A stretch of 64,000 nt of DNA, taken from NCBI GenBank assembly GCA_032718475.1, contig JAUCBJ010000570.1:1-64000 (forward strand), written 5' to 3'. This document shows positions 48,170 through 61,600 of the stretch, piece by piece (position 1 is the first letter of the stretch; every line of letters begins with the position of its first letter). The notes under the pieces were generated by a model that was not told the origin of the DNA, did no database searches, and saw nothing but the letters and a program-made list of their open reading frames with translations. Both the position numbers and the translations under genes were made by a program. Origin of the DNA: Nemertoderma westbladi (Eukaryota; Animalia; Xenacoelomorpha).

Positions 48170-49566
48170 TTACTTTATTAACATTATCGTACTGTATATT
48201 AAAATCACTCCATTCGCTAACCATTATTGCCCTTGTAGCTTACCGGGTGTATATTTTAGTACTGTACTGTAGGGCCTATCTAATGAAAGGGACGGAACTT
48301 GGTACTGTGATCACTTATCAGACTGCATTTTGATCACTGATCAGGCTACACTGTGACTGTAGGCCTACCGGTACAGTAATTTACGTAATTCTATGTTTAG
48401 CTTCAAAATATACCTACACCCAGTGATGTACAACTAGTTAAACTACAGTATCAAGAGTTTATTTTGAGTTTAGTGGTTTTTATTTTAATCAATTTAGTTG
48501 AAGTGTGAACAATTTTAACTACAGTAAATTGCACGATATATGAAACAGTAACTTTAATTGTTGATTCTTAATTGATTATCTTTTGTTTTTATTTATGTAA
48601 CGAAATTTAGTTGAAATTTAGTTAATTATTAGTTAAACAATTTAGTTAACTACAGTAGTCACCCAGAAAATAGCTGAACATCACTGCGCTACACCTACCC
48701 ATAGTTTCAAACTAATAATACGAGTAGCGCGTAGTTGTAAAACAAGCGCGAAATCGCGGAAAGGTCCTACTAACGCATAAACTGTCTCCTTGAATGGCTT
48801 ACCGGTATTACCAAAAGAATGCAATGGAAAGTGTAATTTAACCTACCTAGAGATTCAAGTCCAACACTCTTACCAACTTCGCCAATGCGCCGTATGAAGC
48901 TTTATAAAACTAAAACCGAATTGGAAAAACCTAATTGGAAAATTAAATATTGTAGGTTTACAGTACCGGTAGGTCTCGCTACGCGGACATAAAAAGCTAC
49001 GGTAGTAAGTTTGGCCATATCTGCTATCCATGGCAAAATAGCAGGAATGGGAGTTTCACAAACTACGCATAGGTCGTAAAGATTCCGGTCTGGCCGCAGT
49101 ACGAGATACCGTCCTACCGTATACCACAACAACGAAGAAAACGCAAACATAACAATCGAAATAAACCAACAATAACCTTAAACAAAATTCATAAGTTACA
49201 AAAGGCTGCAAAAAACGCAATTATAAACCTCGGAAATGTAACATTCAATCCACTAAATGTGCACTCTATTTATATAAAACAAATTTCCATTATGTGTTAC
49301 ACATATTTAAACAAAATACAGTATTACCAAACGACATATTTCCATCACGACTTATTTTTAGCTCCGTATTCACACACACTCAACACGTAGTACTTCTAAT
49401 AATAATTGTGTCATATCTCGATGTAACCTACAGGTGGCCAAACAGTCAATAAAAATACAAGCGCCAAATAGTTTGGAATACAGTAGTTTGCCATCCTCTC
49501 AGTGCGTCAGGCAATAAATCTCATGATTTTCAAGACGAATATTGACAATCTATTGCGAGGGTTTTG

Positions 49567-49609
49567 TATAAACTGCGTCACCTCCCTCTCCTGAGCCTCT
49601 CTGGTAATT
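49567..49609 (+). promoter_or_regulatory. Putative eIF1 core promoter and short non-coding first exon
   Basis: TATAAA at 49567, TGCGTCA, pyrimidine tract CCTCCCTCTCC..CCTCTCT, then donor-like CTG|GTAATT at 49603/49604. Matching acceptor-like CTGATCTCTAG at 50462. Confidence 0.35.
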
Positions 49610-50552
49610 CTAATTATATATTACCCTATTCTAAGCTTATTTAGATTACATATTTTACTTACTGTAATAATATTAGTGATAGGGATTAATTAGACTAGAC
49701 TACAGTACACTAGTAGACTACTGTAGATTAATACTCTATCCACCAGCCCTAGATTCTATTAAAATTAAACCTCACAACTAAAAACCAGACCCCGCATGCC
49801 TTTACTGTACCTTACCAATAAAAATTCAATTTTGTAGTTTAAAAGTTTTACTTTCTACCTATTATACTTTTTTCAACTGTAATTTGTTATAAGTAATTGA
49901 TTTCACTTGAATATTGCATGTTTGTATATTCTGTATCGGTATATTGTCAACTGGTGGCCGAAATAATGGGATTATCTACTTGGTCACCATCCACACAGCT
50001 GTGCATTAATTAACTTGCTTTTACTTTTGTGTGTATTATATAATATTTCTGATGTACAGTATGTATTCATTGTGTGGGAATTGTTCAGTTAAACATTCTG
50101 CTGTAAGTAAACCAAGGCCTAATACTGTGTAATTCTAATTTAATGACAAAATTGTTTACAAATGGTTAAAATTCGCACAATAGATGACATGACCACACAT
50201 AGGTGGCACTGTGGCAGCATAATATAAATTTGCACTCAGCCGTGCAACAAAGCACCACAGAGTACCGGTACACTGCTGTAATAGAAGTATGACTGTCTGC
50301 CTGTGTATGTACCGTAACGCAGTAACGTACCGTTCAGTCGCTACCGGTAGTGCAGTAGTTCGGTAGTATTATTTTTGCCTTTACACTTTAGGCCTACTGC
50401 TTTAACCCCGTCTTCATATTCTAACTCTCTGGACCTGACTCTTGCCATTGGCTGATCTCTAGATCTGGTGTTCAGTTGGTAGAACTTCAGAACTTGTAGT
50501 TAAACCAGTAAACTCCACAAACAAACCCTGAAACCCGCACTTCTGTCTTGTC

Positions 50553-50900
50553 ATGAGTGGCGGAGGAAACATATTGAACCTAAAGACAGTTGATGCTTTC
50601 CAAGAAGCTCTCAACGACGCGGAGGGAGGTGGACGACAGGAGTCGTTGATCCACATTCGAATCCAACAGCGGAATGGACGGAAAACCTTGACCACGGTGC
50701 AAGGAATTAGCGAGGATTACGACAAAAAGAGGTTGGTTAAGTTCTTTAAGAAGAAGTTCGCTTGTAATGGCACCGTGGTTGATCATCCCGAGCACGGTGA
50801 AGTCATCCAGGTACAAGGAGACCAGAGGAATAACATAAAATCATTCCTCCTCGAAATTAAACTCGCGCCGGACGACAAGATTAAAGTCCACGGTTTTTAA
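50553..50900 (+). CDS. EIF1: Eukaryotic translation initiation factor 1 (SUI1), intronless CDS
   Basis: IHIRIQQRNGRKTLTTVQG, KKKFACNGTV, GEVIQVQGDQR and C-terminal KVHGF; 115 aa. Confidence 0.96.
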   Translation: MSGGGNILNLKTVDAFQEALNDAEGGGRQESLIHIRIQQRNGRKTLTTVQGISEDYDKKRLVKFFKKKFACNGTVVDHPEHGEVIQVQGDQRNNIKSFLLEIKLAPDDKIKVHGF

Positions 50901-52324
50901 ATTTTAAATAGAACTCGTTTTTTTTACTTAACTGACAGATACAGACTATAATATAATATTACAGTTATTAGGCCTATCTATCTCAATAGGCTTACACAGA
51001 GAGACAATGGTCAGTGGGCATGGCGCACTGATTGCTTTTGATTTATGAACTGTTTGCTGTTTAAGGTGGGGTCGGTATCTCATTGTCGTATTCAGTATCT
51101 CATTAATTAATGTATTAGAATCCGTTACTAAATTATTCAACTTTGAGAAATATTCTTGGCTGCATTGTATTCCTACCGAATTACTAAATCTTTATTAAAT
51201 TTGTAACTACTGGCAACCATTAGTTAAAGCGCTGGTCCCTCCATTCTGCCATTGAGAATTCGAGAACCCCCCCCCCCCCCCCCCCCCCCCCATCTCCCAT
51301 GAAAAACACTTTTTTGTAGACCATAAAGTAAAGTGCACTCTTGTAACTTATTCCTGCACTCAGCTCAGGTGCTGAACTGTAATCAAATTGACAATTGGGG
51401 TGTCATAGGGTTAATGTTAAATTAATATTGAAAAATTTGTGCCTAGAAGTAAAACATTTACTGTAAACTGTGTTCCTAAATGTAGTTTATTGTTTTGGTT
51501 AGAAAAGCCTGCCATTAGAACCTGCTACTTTCCTTTAAAAGGTACCTTAAATGGTGAATATCGAAATTAAATATTCGCGAAATATGTTAAAATAGGCTGA
51601 AACGACACCCCAATTGGTAATATGCCAACAGTAACAATATTGTATGTATATTGCATATATATTACTCTGATTACTGTATTACAGTATAGGCAAATTCCTG
51701 AAAAATAATTTTGCACTACCGGTATCATCTTTATAATTGTTGTTTTTTTGTTCAACTTTTAAAATGAATTGGGTAGCCTACGGCTACGGGTAACTTTTCT
51801 CAACTAAAATAGCCCATAAAATCCGACAGGATTGTCTCAGGTTACTGGTTAATGACGAAACGAAAGTCCGCGATCCGCATAGACTAAATTCCGCCATTGT
51901 TTTCAGAAAAAGACATCGAGTTATTAATTGTATAATTAATTTTAGTTAGAAAAGCCTGCCTCTGTAACCTGTTCCTTTTCCTCAATTGGTAACAATATCG
52001 TTTATTGTTTTGGTTAGAAAAGCCTGCCTCTATAACCTGTTCCTTTCCATCAATTGGTAACAATATTATTAATATTATATAAAAAAAAATGCTGCCACCA
52101 ATGCTGAATCGCGAAATTAACTGATGCGGTAAAAAAATATAAAACAGTTTAAAAAATTTCAAATTTTTTTCTCGAATTCCCAAAATTCCCGCAAAAGTTT
52201 ATTATTATTACTCAAAGTAAAAGTGAATGTTAAACCCACTGGGATTATTTTCATTGAGCCAGGAAGACACAGAGATATTACGCGTTACTAGACGCAATAG
52301 ACATTCAAATAACATATTCTGAAG

Positions 52325-52846
52325 ATGCCGCATGCAAAACTACCGAACGTTCTAATAGCCGGAACCCCCGGCACTGGTAAATCCACCGTCGCTTCCGATG
52401 TTTGTGTTAGACTCGGTATGGAGCACGTTGATGTTAGTGAGTTCGCGAAACGCCACGGAATGGTCACGTCGTACGACTCATTGCGAGACACCCACGTCAT
52501 AGACGAGGACAGGGTAATAGAAGCCCTCGAGGATAAACTCACGCGAGGAGGAGCTCTTGTCGATTACCATTCCGCGGATATGTTCCCTTCGCGTTGGTTC
52601 CATTTGGTTGTCGTTACTCGAACTGATAACACGATCCTTTATGACCGGTTGAAGGCGAGAAATTATAGCGACGAGAAAGTCACTGAGAATGTTCAATGCG
52701 AGATATTCGAGATGATTCTGGAAGAAGCGAGGGGTTTGTTCGATGCTGATGTTGTAAAGGATGTTGTCAACAATACTGAGTCTGATAAGGAAGACATTGT
52801 TGATACTATATGTAATTTTGTTCAGAGATGGAAGCCCAACGATTAG
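52325..52846 (+). CDS. AK6: Adenylate kinase 6 / Fap7 / CINAP, intronless
   Basis: PNVLIAGTPGTGKST P-loop, VDYH Walker-B variant, FPSRWF, LYDRLKARNY, ENVQCEIF; 173 aa. Confidence 0.95.
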   Translation: MPHAKLPNVLIAGTPGTGKSTVASDVCVRLGMEHVDVSEFAKRHGMVTSYDSLRDTHVIDEDRVIEALEDKLTRGGALVDYHSADMFPSRWFHLVVVTRTDNTILYDRLKARNYSDEKVTENVQCEIFEMILEEARGLFDADVVKDVVNNTESDKEDIVDTICNFVQRWKPND

Positions 52847-54591
52847 TTTAGGTACTCAGTACTCGATATGTGTACTTTCGGGTGTCAAAAAGGTTGTGTT
52901 TTATCACTGTTAGTAAAAAACAACTTGATATTCAATTTGTTTGTGTGACAATTCGATACACGATTAAGGTAGTGAGTGATAATAAAGTTAAAATCACGGG
53001 GATCAAAACATTTTATGGTAGAAATGGTGTAACGAAACGAAAAACTAACGTAGCGTACAAATTTTAAAAGAAACGATAAACGAAATAATACTTACTATAT
53101 TCAATTTTTACTGCAAAATGACCGATAATCGATAAAATGTTTGTCGATATTAATAATCGATTGGAATTAAATTTATATTTTCGATGCATAATTTTTTACT
53201 ATAGACTATCACATTTTTCACAAAAAGGATTTAAATTCAGTTTTTTATTAATTATTTAATTCAACAAACATGTCGTATCAGCACACTGAAAGGTGCCATT
53301 TGACTCAAATGTTTATAAATAAATATTATTTGAAACATTAAAAAAGCATCAATCATCTTCATTTTACAATTTTATCATTTAGTAAACAATAATAAAAAAA
53401 AAATTTAATTAATGTTTGCAATAATCGTCTATAATCGATCAAAAATGCAGTTCAAATAACGAAAATAATGAGTGTTTAGTTGATTTTTTCGTTTCGTTAA
53501 AATAAAAAAAAATATATATATACTAATTATGATGGCGCAGGGAACATGGAAGCGATAATATTCCTTTATTCTCGTTGTAATACAAAACCTCATTTACTAA
53601 GATAATTAGTAAGAAGGAGAATGTTCTACTTCTTACTAGAAGAAAAATGCTATAAATTATCATGGGAAAATTCAATAGAATTTCAATTAACTAATATTTA
53701 TTAGTATATTATATATTAATTAACGAATCAACTCATCCAAAGCTGGAATTTAAAGATTTTATTCCGAAATCAAAAACGTAGAATCACGTTAATCGATGTC
53801 AGCCTGTCTCTACTTGTATGATACGGGTCGAAATTACGTACAGTACCGGTCCCGGTTTAAAGAATTCACTGTAAGAAAAGTTGAGAAAGTAAAAAATCCG
53901 TGAAGGGAAAGTCTTTTCTTAACTAATTTTTTACTTTTCTTAACTAATACACTGGAAAATTAGTGTAAAATTAATTCACTAATTTTTAAAAATATTGGTG
54001 AGAAAAGGGGGATTTTTCAATTAAAGACTTATAAAACTGGAATACCAAACTACAGTAAACAGAACTCAGAAGTTAACGCGGTCCCAGGTGGGAATCTAAG
54101 TTGTAATAGGAGTTCATATTAAAGACAAATTGGTAGAATGTTTATTAAACCATAATAAATAGAGTTTACGGTGAAAATATAAGTTCCGATTACTCGCGAA
54201 TTCCTAGCAACAAGTGATGTTTGATCAAAACAAAAATAAACGGATATATGTTTCTGGGATGTTAATAGAGGGTCTTAGCCCTTAACACTTCCCTTAAAAA
54301 AGATGACATACAAACGACACAGAAACCCAATGAATTTAGAAGTTCCTTGACCCGAAAAGCCCACTTTGACATGCTATTTGTAGACACATCAATGTCACAC
54401 TCATTGTCATCAGGTAGATAGGTAGGGTATGTTGTTAGTATGAAATACGCCCGACTCACCAGAAACAAAAAACGAAGCTGTTGATTTACGGACACCAAGG
54501 AAGTTTTTCAAGAATTTCAACTGAACCTTTTCGATATCCTGAGCATTGGCAAAACCCAATATTTCGGAACAATTAGACTGTCATTAATTGT

Positions 54592-55057
54592 AGGGCTCAG
54601 CATAAAAAGGTCCTATGTGACAAAAGTGTCATTCTGAGATAATCACACTTTTGCGTTTTTTTTTTACCTACACATTACAGTTGATGTTGGCATTCTGTAT
54701 TTTTTTGCATGCAAGTACAAAGTACTTCAAAATCTTTACATTAAAAAAAAAATTTTTTTTTAACTTCAAAATTGGTTCGCATATACTGTATAGGCAGTAT
54801 TATTTGTACATAAGACCTTTTTTGTTTATGTCTATGCGATTTTTACTGTACATAGCTGTGTTTACTGTACACGTAAACTATTTCACTCCAGGATATCAGT
54901 ATTGTTCATATGATCTCAGAAGCAGAACCTTATTGGTAAGTTAAAGTTAGGTCTCATACAGTAGGACGACCTCTGTAAGATGTCAGATGTCCTCTGTAAG
55001 ACGACTCTGATTCTAAGAAAATATCACATAGAGTAGGACCTTTTAATGCTCAGCCCT
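54592..55057. mobile_element. MITE with about 24-bp TIRs
   Basis: AGGGCTCAGCATAAAAAGGTCCTA / TAGGACCTTTTAATGCTCAGCCCT. Confidence 0.65.
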
Positions 55058-55795
55058 TCTATTACACTGTACACATATCATATTAATTGTCGTCTTGCGG
55101 TAGTGTATAATTGTTATATTACGGTTTTTACCGCTTATTTATGCTGATAATGTTATTAGTTAATAACGAAACGTCCTTGCACAGTAAACGCTTATTATGG
55201 TTTCAACAATCTACCAACTTGTCGCAGTAATATTAACTTTACTTAAACAGGGCTCTGACCAAACTATATTATGTATTCACAACGGCAATAAGTAATTATT
55301 GTTGTTTCAGACTAGGGGCGGGGGGGGGGGGGGGGAGAGATACCCCAACCAGATAGCTTCACACCCCCTCCCCCCATCTGCTCCTCAACCCTTTAGCTTT
55401 GTAACAAGGATTTTTAAGTAATAACATGTAAATTTATATTGTATATAATTAATAAATTTTCCCCCACCAAAAGGAACAAAGGTGAATCTGATATTAAATA
55501 CGCACAATAATATAATATGATTAATAAATTAAACAACAATAAATAAAGTAGTTTCAGTATTCACATCATCACTGTGTGAAAAGTAGCATCTTTCAGAGTT
55601 ACGACACGATTGTACATATTTATGAACCGAGCGAGCGCAGCGAGGCAGGTTTGCATAAATATACGAGGATTTTTAAAGTTGAATTCAATGATGTGAACGC
55701 TTAATTATTCAATTTTTAATATTATAATGTTTATGAATATTGATGAAATTCATATCCATTAATATGAAACTAATTTCAGTTACTATAGCAACTCT

Positions 55796-56670
55796 GCGTG
55801 CAATGTGAAAAGACCGCAAGTCAAAAAAAGTATTTTCGAGTAAAACATATTGTTTGGTATAAAATATCCGTAAATTACTAATTTTTTATAACCCTACGCA
55901 ATTTGGGGTGGGAAATTTTTCCACGTGATTATTTTTTCACTTTCCATTAATATTTTGACTTCAGAATTATTTCTTGTACTTTTCTTTGTTGGTATTCATT
56001 TACCATTTCGGTGTATCGGATTGTCTGTCAAAACTTACATTTTGACGGTCAGACCGACAAACATGGAGAAACAGTGATAACTCAAAACTAAAAGCGATCT
56101 CGCTTAATGCACTTAAGAATTCCCACAGTTAGGGTAGGGTGGGTTTACCTCAGGTAACTAATGATCAGGTAATTAATGAAAATACATACAAACAGATCTC
56201 GCCATGAGAAAGTATGTTCAGATTTGAAATCCTCATTAAATTCTGCTCTAATTCCGTAGCATACAGACATGATAATAAAACACCGCAAGTCACTTGGCGA
56301 AATATCAATTTTGAATTTCGCGCCTTTTCTGCAAATAGTTAAAAACCGCATGTCAAAAGACACAAATTTCAATAAAACTGTATGTTCATTTACTTATAAT
56401 TTATGCAATGACAAAAAACCGTAAGTCTTGTTGACATACGCTTTTTTTGCATAAATTTAAGAAGTTGCGGTCTTTTGTATTGTACTTACGGTCTTTTACC
56501 TTTGTAACACTATACATTTGTTGTGACTTACGGCCTTTTTACATTGAATATCTCGTGAACTACAGTAGATACGGTCTTCTCGATTATACCATTAGATAGA
56601 GCGCATTTTATAGACCCAGAAAAAGTGAATTTGGAAAAAATGCGACTTACGGTCTTTTTACATTGCACGG
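55796..56670. mobile_element. MITE with CCGTGCAATG termini
   Basis: CGTGCAATGTGAAAAGACCGCAAGTC / GACTTACGGTCTTTTTACATTGCACGG followed by TA; internal copies of the CCGYAAGTC motif. Confidence 0.7.
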
Positions 56671-57279
56671 TATAACTGTACTGTAAGTAATCGTACACTT
56701 CGCATACAATGGCTATCATATGCTAGAGCAATGGATAATAATACTCAAGATGTGTTATGTGTTCTAGAAGTGTATGCCAGAACGCCGTTAAGTTGACATA
56801 ACAAAATTACGTACTGTATACCATTGTGTACATGACTGTTTTACGTACCGAAAACGTACCAAAATGGAATTATTTCTCTAACAGATTATATTTCACGTAA
56901 GAGAGTCAAATGGAATACAGATCGTATATTTCATTGGATAATGTTATAAATGTAATTATTTGATATGTTGTAAATGATATAAATAGCGGCGGCCTATTGA
57001 ATATGTGGAATCGAATTAGAAAACTCATAAAGTTTCTATATTCGTTTATGCCTCGAGGTTTTAAAGAACATTCATTTGTTGCCAATTCTCTCTCTACGTG
57101 GCTCGCCCCAAAACTAGATTGTAACCAGTGAACTGTGTTTAATAGATTACTTGTACATTACTATAAAGCAGTCGTACCAGGTACCATACCGCATTCTCTT
57201 AGATTATTATTTAATTTAATAATTGGTTAAAAAAAGTTATTGCAGTGTTGCTTCCTGTCCATAGTTGGTCATTTCTCAC

Positions 57280-57444
57280 CTACTCCTGGTTCACATAAGG
57301 GCGGGCAATTGACATACCATATCTCAACTGCTCGTTGTGACTTTCCATCAGCATACTCGCTTCGATCTGCTTCCGTACGGTTTCTAGTTCCTCATCGGCT
57401 GCTGCAACGAGTTGGTGGTAATCCGCGGTAATAGAGGCTAGTCG
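57280..57444 (-). CDS. PLCB: Probable last coding exon of phospholipase C-beta
   Basis: Acceptor TTGTTTCCATAG|C, phase 0, 55 codons RLASITADYHQLVAAADEELETVRKQIEASM...YVNQE*. Phase-compatible with exon 62404-62514. Confidence 0.65.
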   Translation of the reverse strand, partial: RLASITADYHQLVAAADEELETVRKQIEASMLMESHNEQLRYGMSIARPYVNQE

Positions 57445-57500
57445 CTATGGAAACAATACAAAAAAAATATCACATGGAGAAATAGGTATGGATAAAGACG

Positions 57501-58218
57501 ACTACTACAACTCTACTACTACAGTACTACAACTCTACTACTACAGTACTACAACTCTACTACTACAGTACTACAACTCTACTACTACAGTACTACAACT
57601 CTACTACTACAGTACTACAACTCTACTACTACAGTACAACAAACTCTACTACTACAGTACTACAACTCTACTACTACAGTACTACAACTCTACTACTACA
57701 GTACTACAACTCTACTACTACAGTACAACAAACTCTACTACTACAGTACTACAACTCTACTACTACAATACTACAATTCTACTACTACAGTACTACAACT
57801 CTACTACTACAGTACTACAACTCTACTACTACAGTACAACAAACTCTACTACTACAGTACTACAACTCTACTACTACAGTACTACAACTCTACTACTACA
57901 GTACTACAACTCTACTACTACAGTACAACAAACTCTACTACTACAGTACTACAACTCTACTACTACAGTACTACAACTCTACTACTACAGTACTACAACT
58001 CTACTACTACAGTACTACAACTCTACTACTACAGTACAACAAACTCTACTACTACAGTACTACAACTCTACTACTACAGTACTACAACTCTACTACTACA
58101 GTACAACAAACTCTACTACTACAGTACTACAACTCTACTACTACAGTACAACAAACTCTACTACTACAGTACTACAACTCTACTACTACAGTACTACAAC
58201 TCTACTACTACAGTACTA
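57501..58218. repeat. 22-bp minisatellite (TACTACAACTCTACTACTACAG), about 32 units, intronic
   Basis: Direct reading; abuts a LINE 3' end. Confidence 0.95.
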
Positions 58219-58645
58219 TAAATCGGCCTGCTGCATTGAAGCTGCACATTGAATTGCTGGCTTAACAAATATATTTTTGCCACGACAATGCAATCCACAA
58301 TTGGCAAGCCCAATGAAGCGTGCATTAATAATGGTACAGGTATGCCGGCTTATAAACAAAATTGCACCGCCACAACTGCCTATCCACCATGACTTTCGCG
58401 AGATTATTAGCATCTTCAACACTTCAAGGCCAGTGTCCTTTAGAAGGCGTCTCACGAAAGTCATGGGATGTCCACCATGCTTATTTTCTCCATAGGGCTG
58501 CCAAAGGACAAGAGTGTGCACAGGCTGGTCCCCACGGAGAAAGCAAGTCCTGCAAAACGGAGGGGGTTTGGTTCAAGTGTCAAGATTGGAGAAGCAATGA
58601 GACACCTCATATGGATATGTGTGCATTCTACTCTACTTGACACAG
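58219..58645 (-). mobile_element. Degenerate RTE LINE 3' fragment in the PLC-beta intron
   Basis: LVLWQPYGENKHGGHPMTFVRRLLKDTGL and a 3' UTR GCAGCTTCAATGCAGCAGGCCGAT matching 35005-35028. Confidence 0.88.
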
Positions 58646-58671
58646 TCTCTATTGAAAAAAAATCAATTCTT

Positions 58672-61600
58672 CATCTTCTATAACTACGGTACCGGTATAC
58701 CAACCTGTTCTTTATCTTCTATAACTATGGTACCAGTATACCAACTCCAACTCGTTCTTTATCTTCTAACTACAGTACCAGTATATCAACTTGTTCTTTA
58801 TCTTCTATAACTACGGTACCGGTACCAACCTGTTTATTTATCTTCTATAACTACGGTACCGGTACCAACCTGTTTATTTATCTTCTATAACTACGGTACC
58901 GGTACCAACCTGTTTATTTATCTTCTATAACTACGGTACCGGTACCAACCTGTTTATTTATCTTATATAACTACGGTACCGGTATACCAACGTGTTCTTT
59001 ATCTTCTATAACTACGGTACCGGTATACCAACTTGTTCTTTATCTTCTTTAACTGCGGTACCAGTATATCAACCTCTTCTTTATCTTCTATAACTACGGT
59101 ACCAGTATACCAACTCCAACTCGTTCTTTATCTTCTAACTACAGTACCAGTATATCAACTTGTTCTTTATCTTCTATAACTACGGTACCGGTACCAACCT
59201 GTTTATTTATCTTCTATAACTACGGTACCGGTACCAACCTGTTTATTTATCTTATATAACTACGGTACCAGTATACCAACTTGTTCTTTATCTTCTATAA
59301 CTACGGTACCGGTATACCAACTTGTTCTTTATCTTCTATAACTACGGTACCGGTATACCAACGTGTTCTTTATCTTCTATAACTACGGTACCAGTATACC
59401 AACTTGTTCTTTATCTTCTATAACTACGGTACCGGTATACCAACGTGTTCTTTATCTTCTATAACTACGGTACCAGTATACCAACTCCAACTCGTTCTTT
59501 ATCTTCTAACTACAGTACCAGTATATCAACTTGTTCTTTATCTTCTATAACTACGGTACCGGTATACCAACCTGTTCTTTATCTTCTATAACTACGGTAC
59601 CAGTATACCAACTCCAACTCGTTCTTTATCTTCTAACTACAGTACCAGTATATCAACTTGTTCTTTATCTTCTATAACTACGGTACCGGTACCAACCTGT
59701 TTATTTATCTTCTATAACTACGGTACCGGTACCAACCTGTTTATTTATCTTATATAACTACGGTACCAGTATACCAACTTGTTCTTTATCTTCTATAACT
59801 ACGGTACCGGTATACCAACTTGTTCTTTATCTTCTATAACTACGGTACCGGTATACCAACGTGTTCTTTATCTTCTATAACTACGGTACCAGTATACCAA
59901 CTTGTTCTTTATCTTCTATAACTACGGTACCGGTATACCAACGTGTTCTTTATCTTCTATAACTACGGTACCAGTATACCAACTCCAACTCGTTCTTTAT
60001 CTTCTAACTACAGTACCAGTATATCAACTTGTTCTTTATCTTCTATAACTACGGTACCGGTACCAACCTGTTTATTTATCTTCTATAACTACGGTACCGG
60101 TACCAACCTGTTTATTTATCTTATATAACTACGGTACCAGTATACCAACTTGTTCTTTATCTTCTATAACTACGGTACCGGTATACCAACTTGTTCTTTA
60201 TCTTCTATAACTACGGTACCAGTATACCAACTTGTTCTTTATCTTCTATAACTACGGTACCGGTATACCAACTTGTTCTTTATCTTCTTTAACTACGGTA
60301 CCAGTATACCAACTTGTTCTTTATCTTCTATAACTACGGTACCGGTATACCAACTTGTTCTTTATCTTCTATAACTACGGTACCAGTATACCAACTTGTT
60401 CTTTATCTTCTATAACTACGGTACCGGTATACCAACTTGTTCTTTATCTTCTATAACTACGGTACCAGTATACCAACTTGTTCTTTATCTTCTATAACTA
60501 CGGTACCGGTATACCAACTTGTTCTTTATCTTCTATAACTACGGTACCGGTATACCAACGTGTTCTTTATCTTCTATAACTACGGTACCGGTATACCAAC
60601 TTGTTCTTTATCTTCTATAACTACGGTACCGGTATACCAACTTGTTCTTTATCTTCTATAACTACGGTACCAGTATACCAACTTGTTCTTTATCTTATAT
60701 ATCTACGGTACCAGTATACCAACTTGTTCTTTATCTTCTATAACTACGGTACCGGTATACCAACTTGTTCTTTATCTTCTATAACTACGGTACCGGTATA
60801 CCAACTTGTTCTTTATCTTCTATAACTACGGTACCGGTATACCAACTTGTTCTTTATCTTCTATAACTACGGTACCGGTATACCAACCTGTTTATTTATC
60901 TTCTATAACTACAGTACCGGTATACCAACTTGTTCTTTATCTTCTTTAACTACGGTAGCGGTATACCAACTTGTTCTTTATCTTCTATAACTACGGTAGC
61001 AGTATACCAACTTGTTCTTTATCTTCTATAACTACGGTACCAGTATACCAACTTGTTCTTTATCTTCTATAACTACGGTACCGGTATACCAATTTGTTCT
61101 TTATCTTCTATAACTACGGTACCGGTATACCAACTTGTTCTTTATCTTCTATAACTACGGTACCGGTATACCAACTTGTTCTTTATCTTCTATAACTACG
61201 GTACCGGTATACCAACTTGTTCTTTATCTTCTATAACTACGGTACCGGTATACCAACTTGTTCTTTATCTTCTATAACTACGGTACCGGTATACCAACTT
61301 GTTCTTTATCTTCTATAACTACGGTACCGGTATACCAACTTGTTCTTTATCTTCTATAACTACGGTACCGGTATACCAACTTGTTCTTTATCTTCTATAA
61401 CTACGGTACCGGTATACCAACTTGTTCTTTATCTTCTATAACTACGGTACCGGTATACCAACTTGTTCTTTATCTTCTATAACTACGGTACCGGTATACC
61501 AACTTGTTCTTTATCTTCTATAACTACGGTACCGGTATACCAACTTGTTCTTTATCTTCTATAACTACGGTACCGGTATACCAACTTGTTCTTTATCTTC

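Noticed and set aside
48830-48891. tRNA-Gln-like sequence on the minus strand (A-box TGGCGAAGTTGG, CTTGAA loop)
   Set aside because: No T-arm/B-box or acceptor stem; at most a SINE remnant or a chance match next to a donor-like AG|GTAGGT.
54262-54498. Possible further PLC-beta exon
   Set aside because: KWAFRVKELLNSLGF resembles a LINE ORF2 C-terminal remnant; no convincing splice sites.
57488-58252. 254-aa Y/T/L-rich ORF
   Set aside because: Translation of the 22-bp satellite cycling through frames, antisense within an intron.
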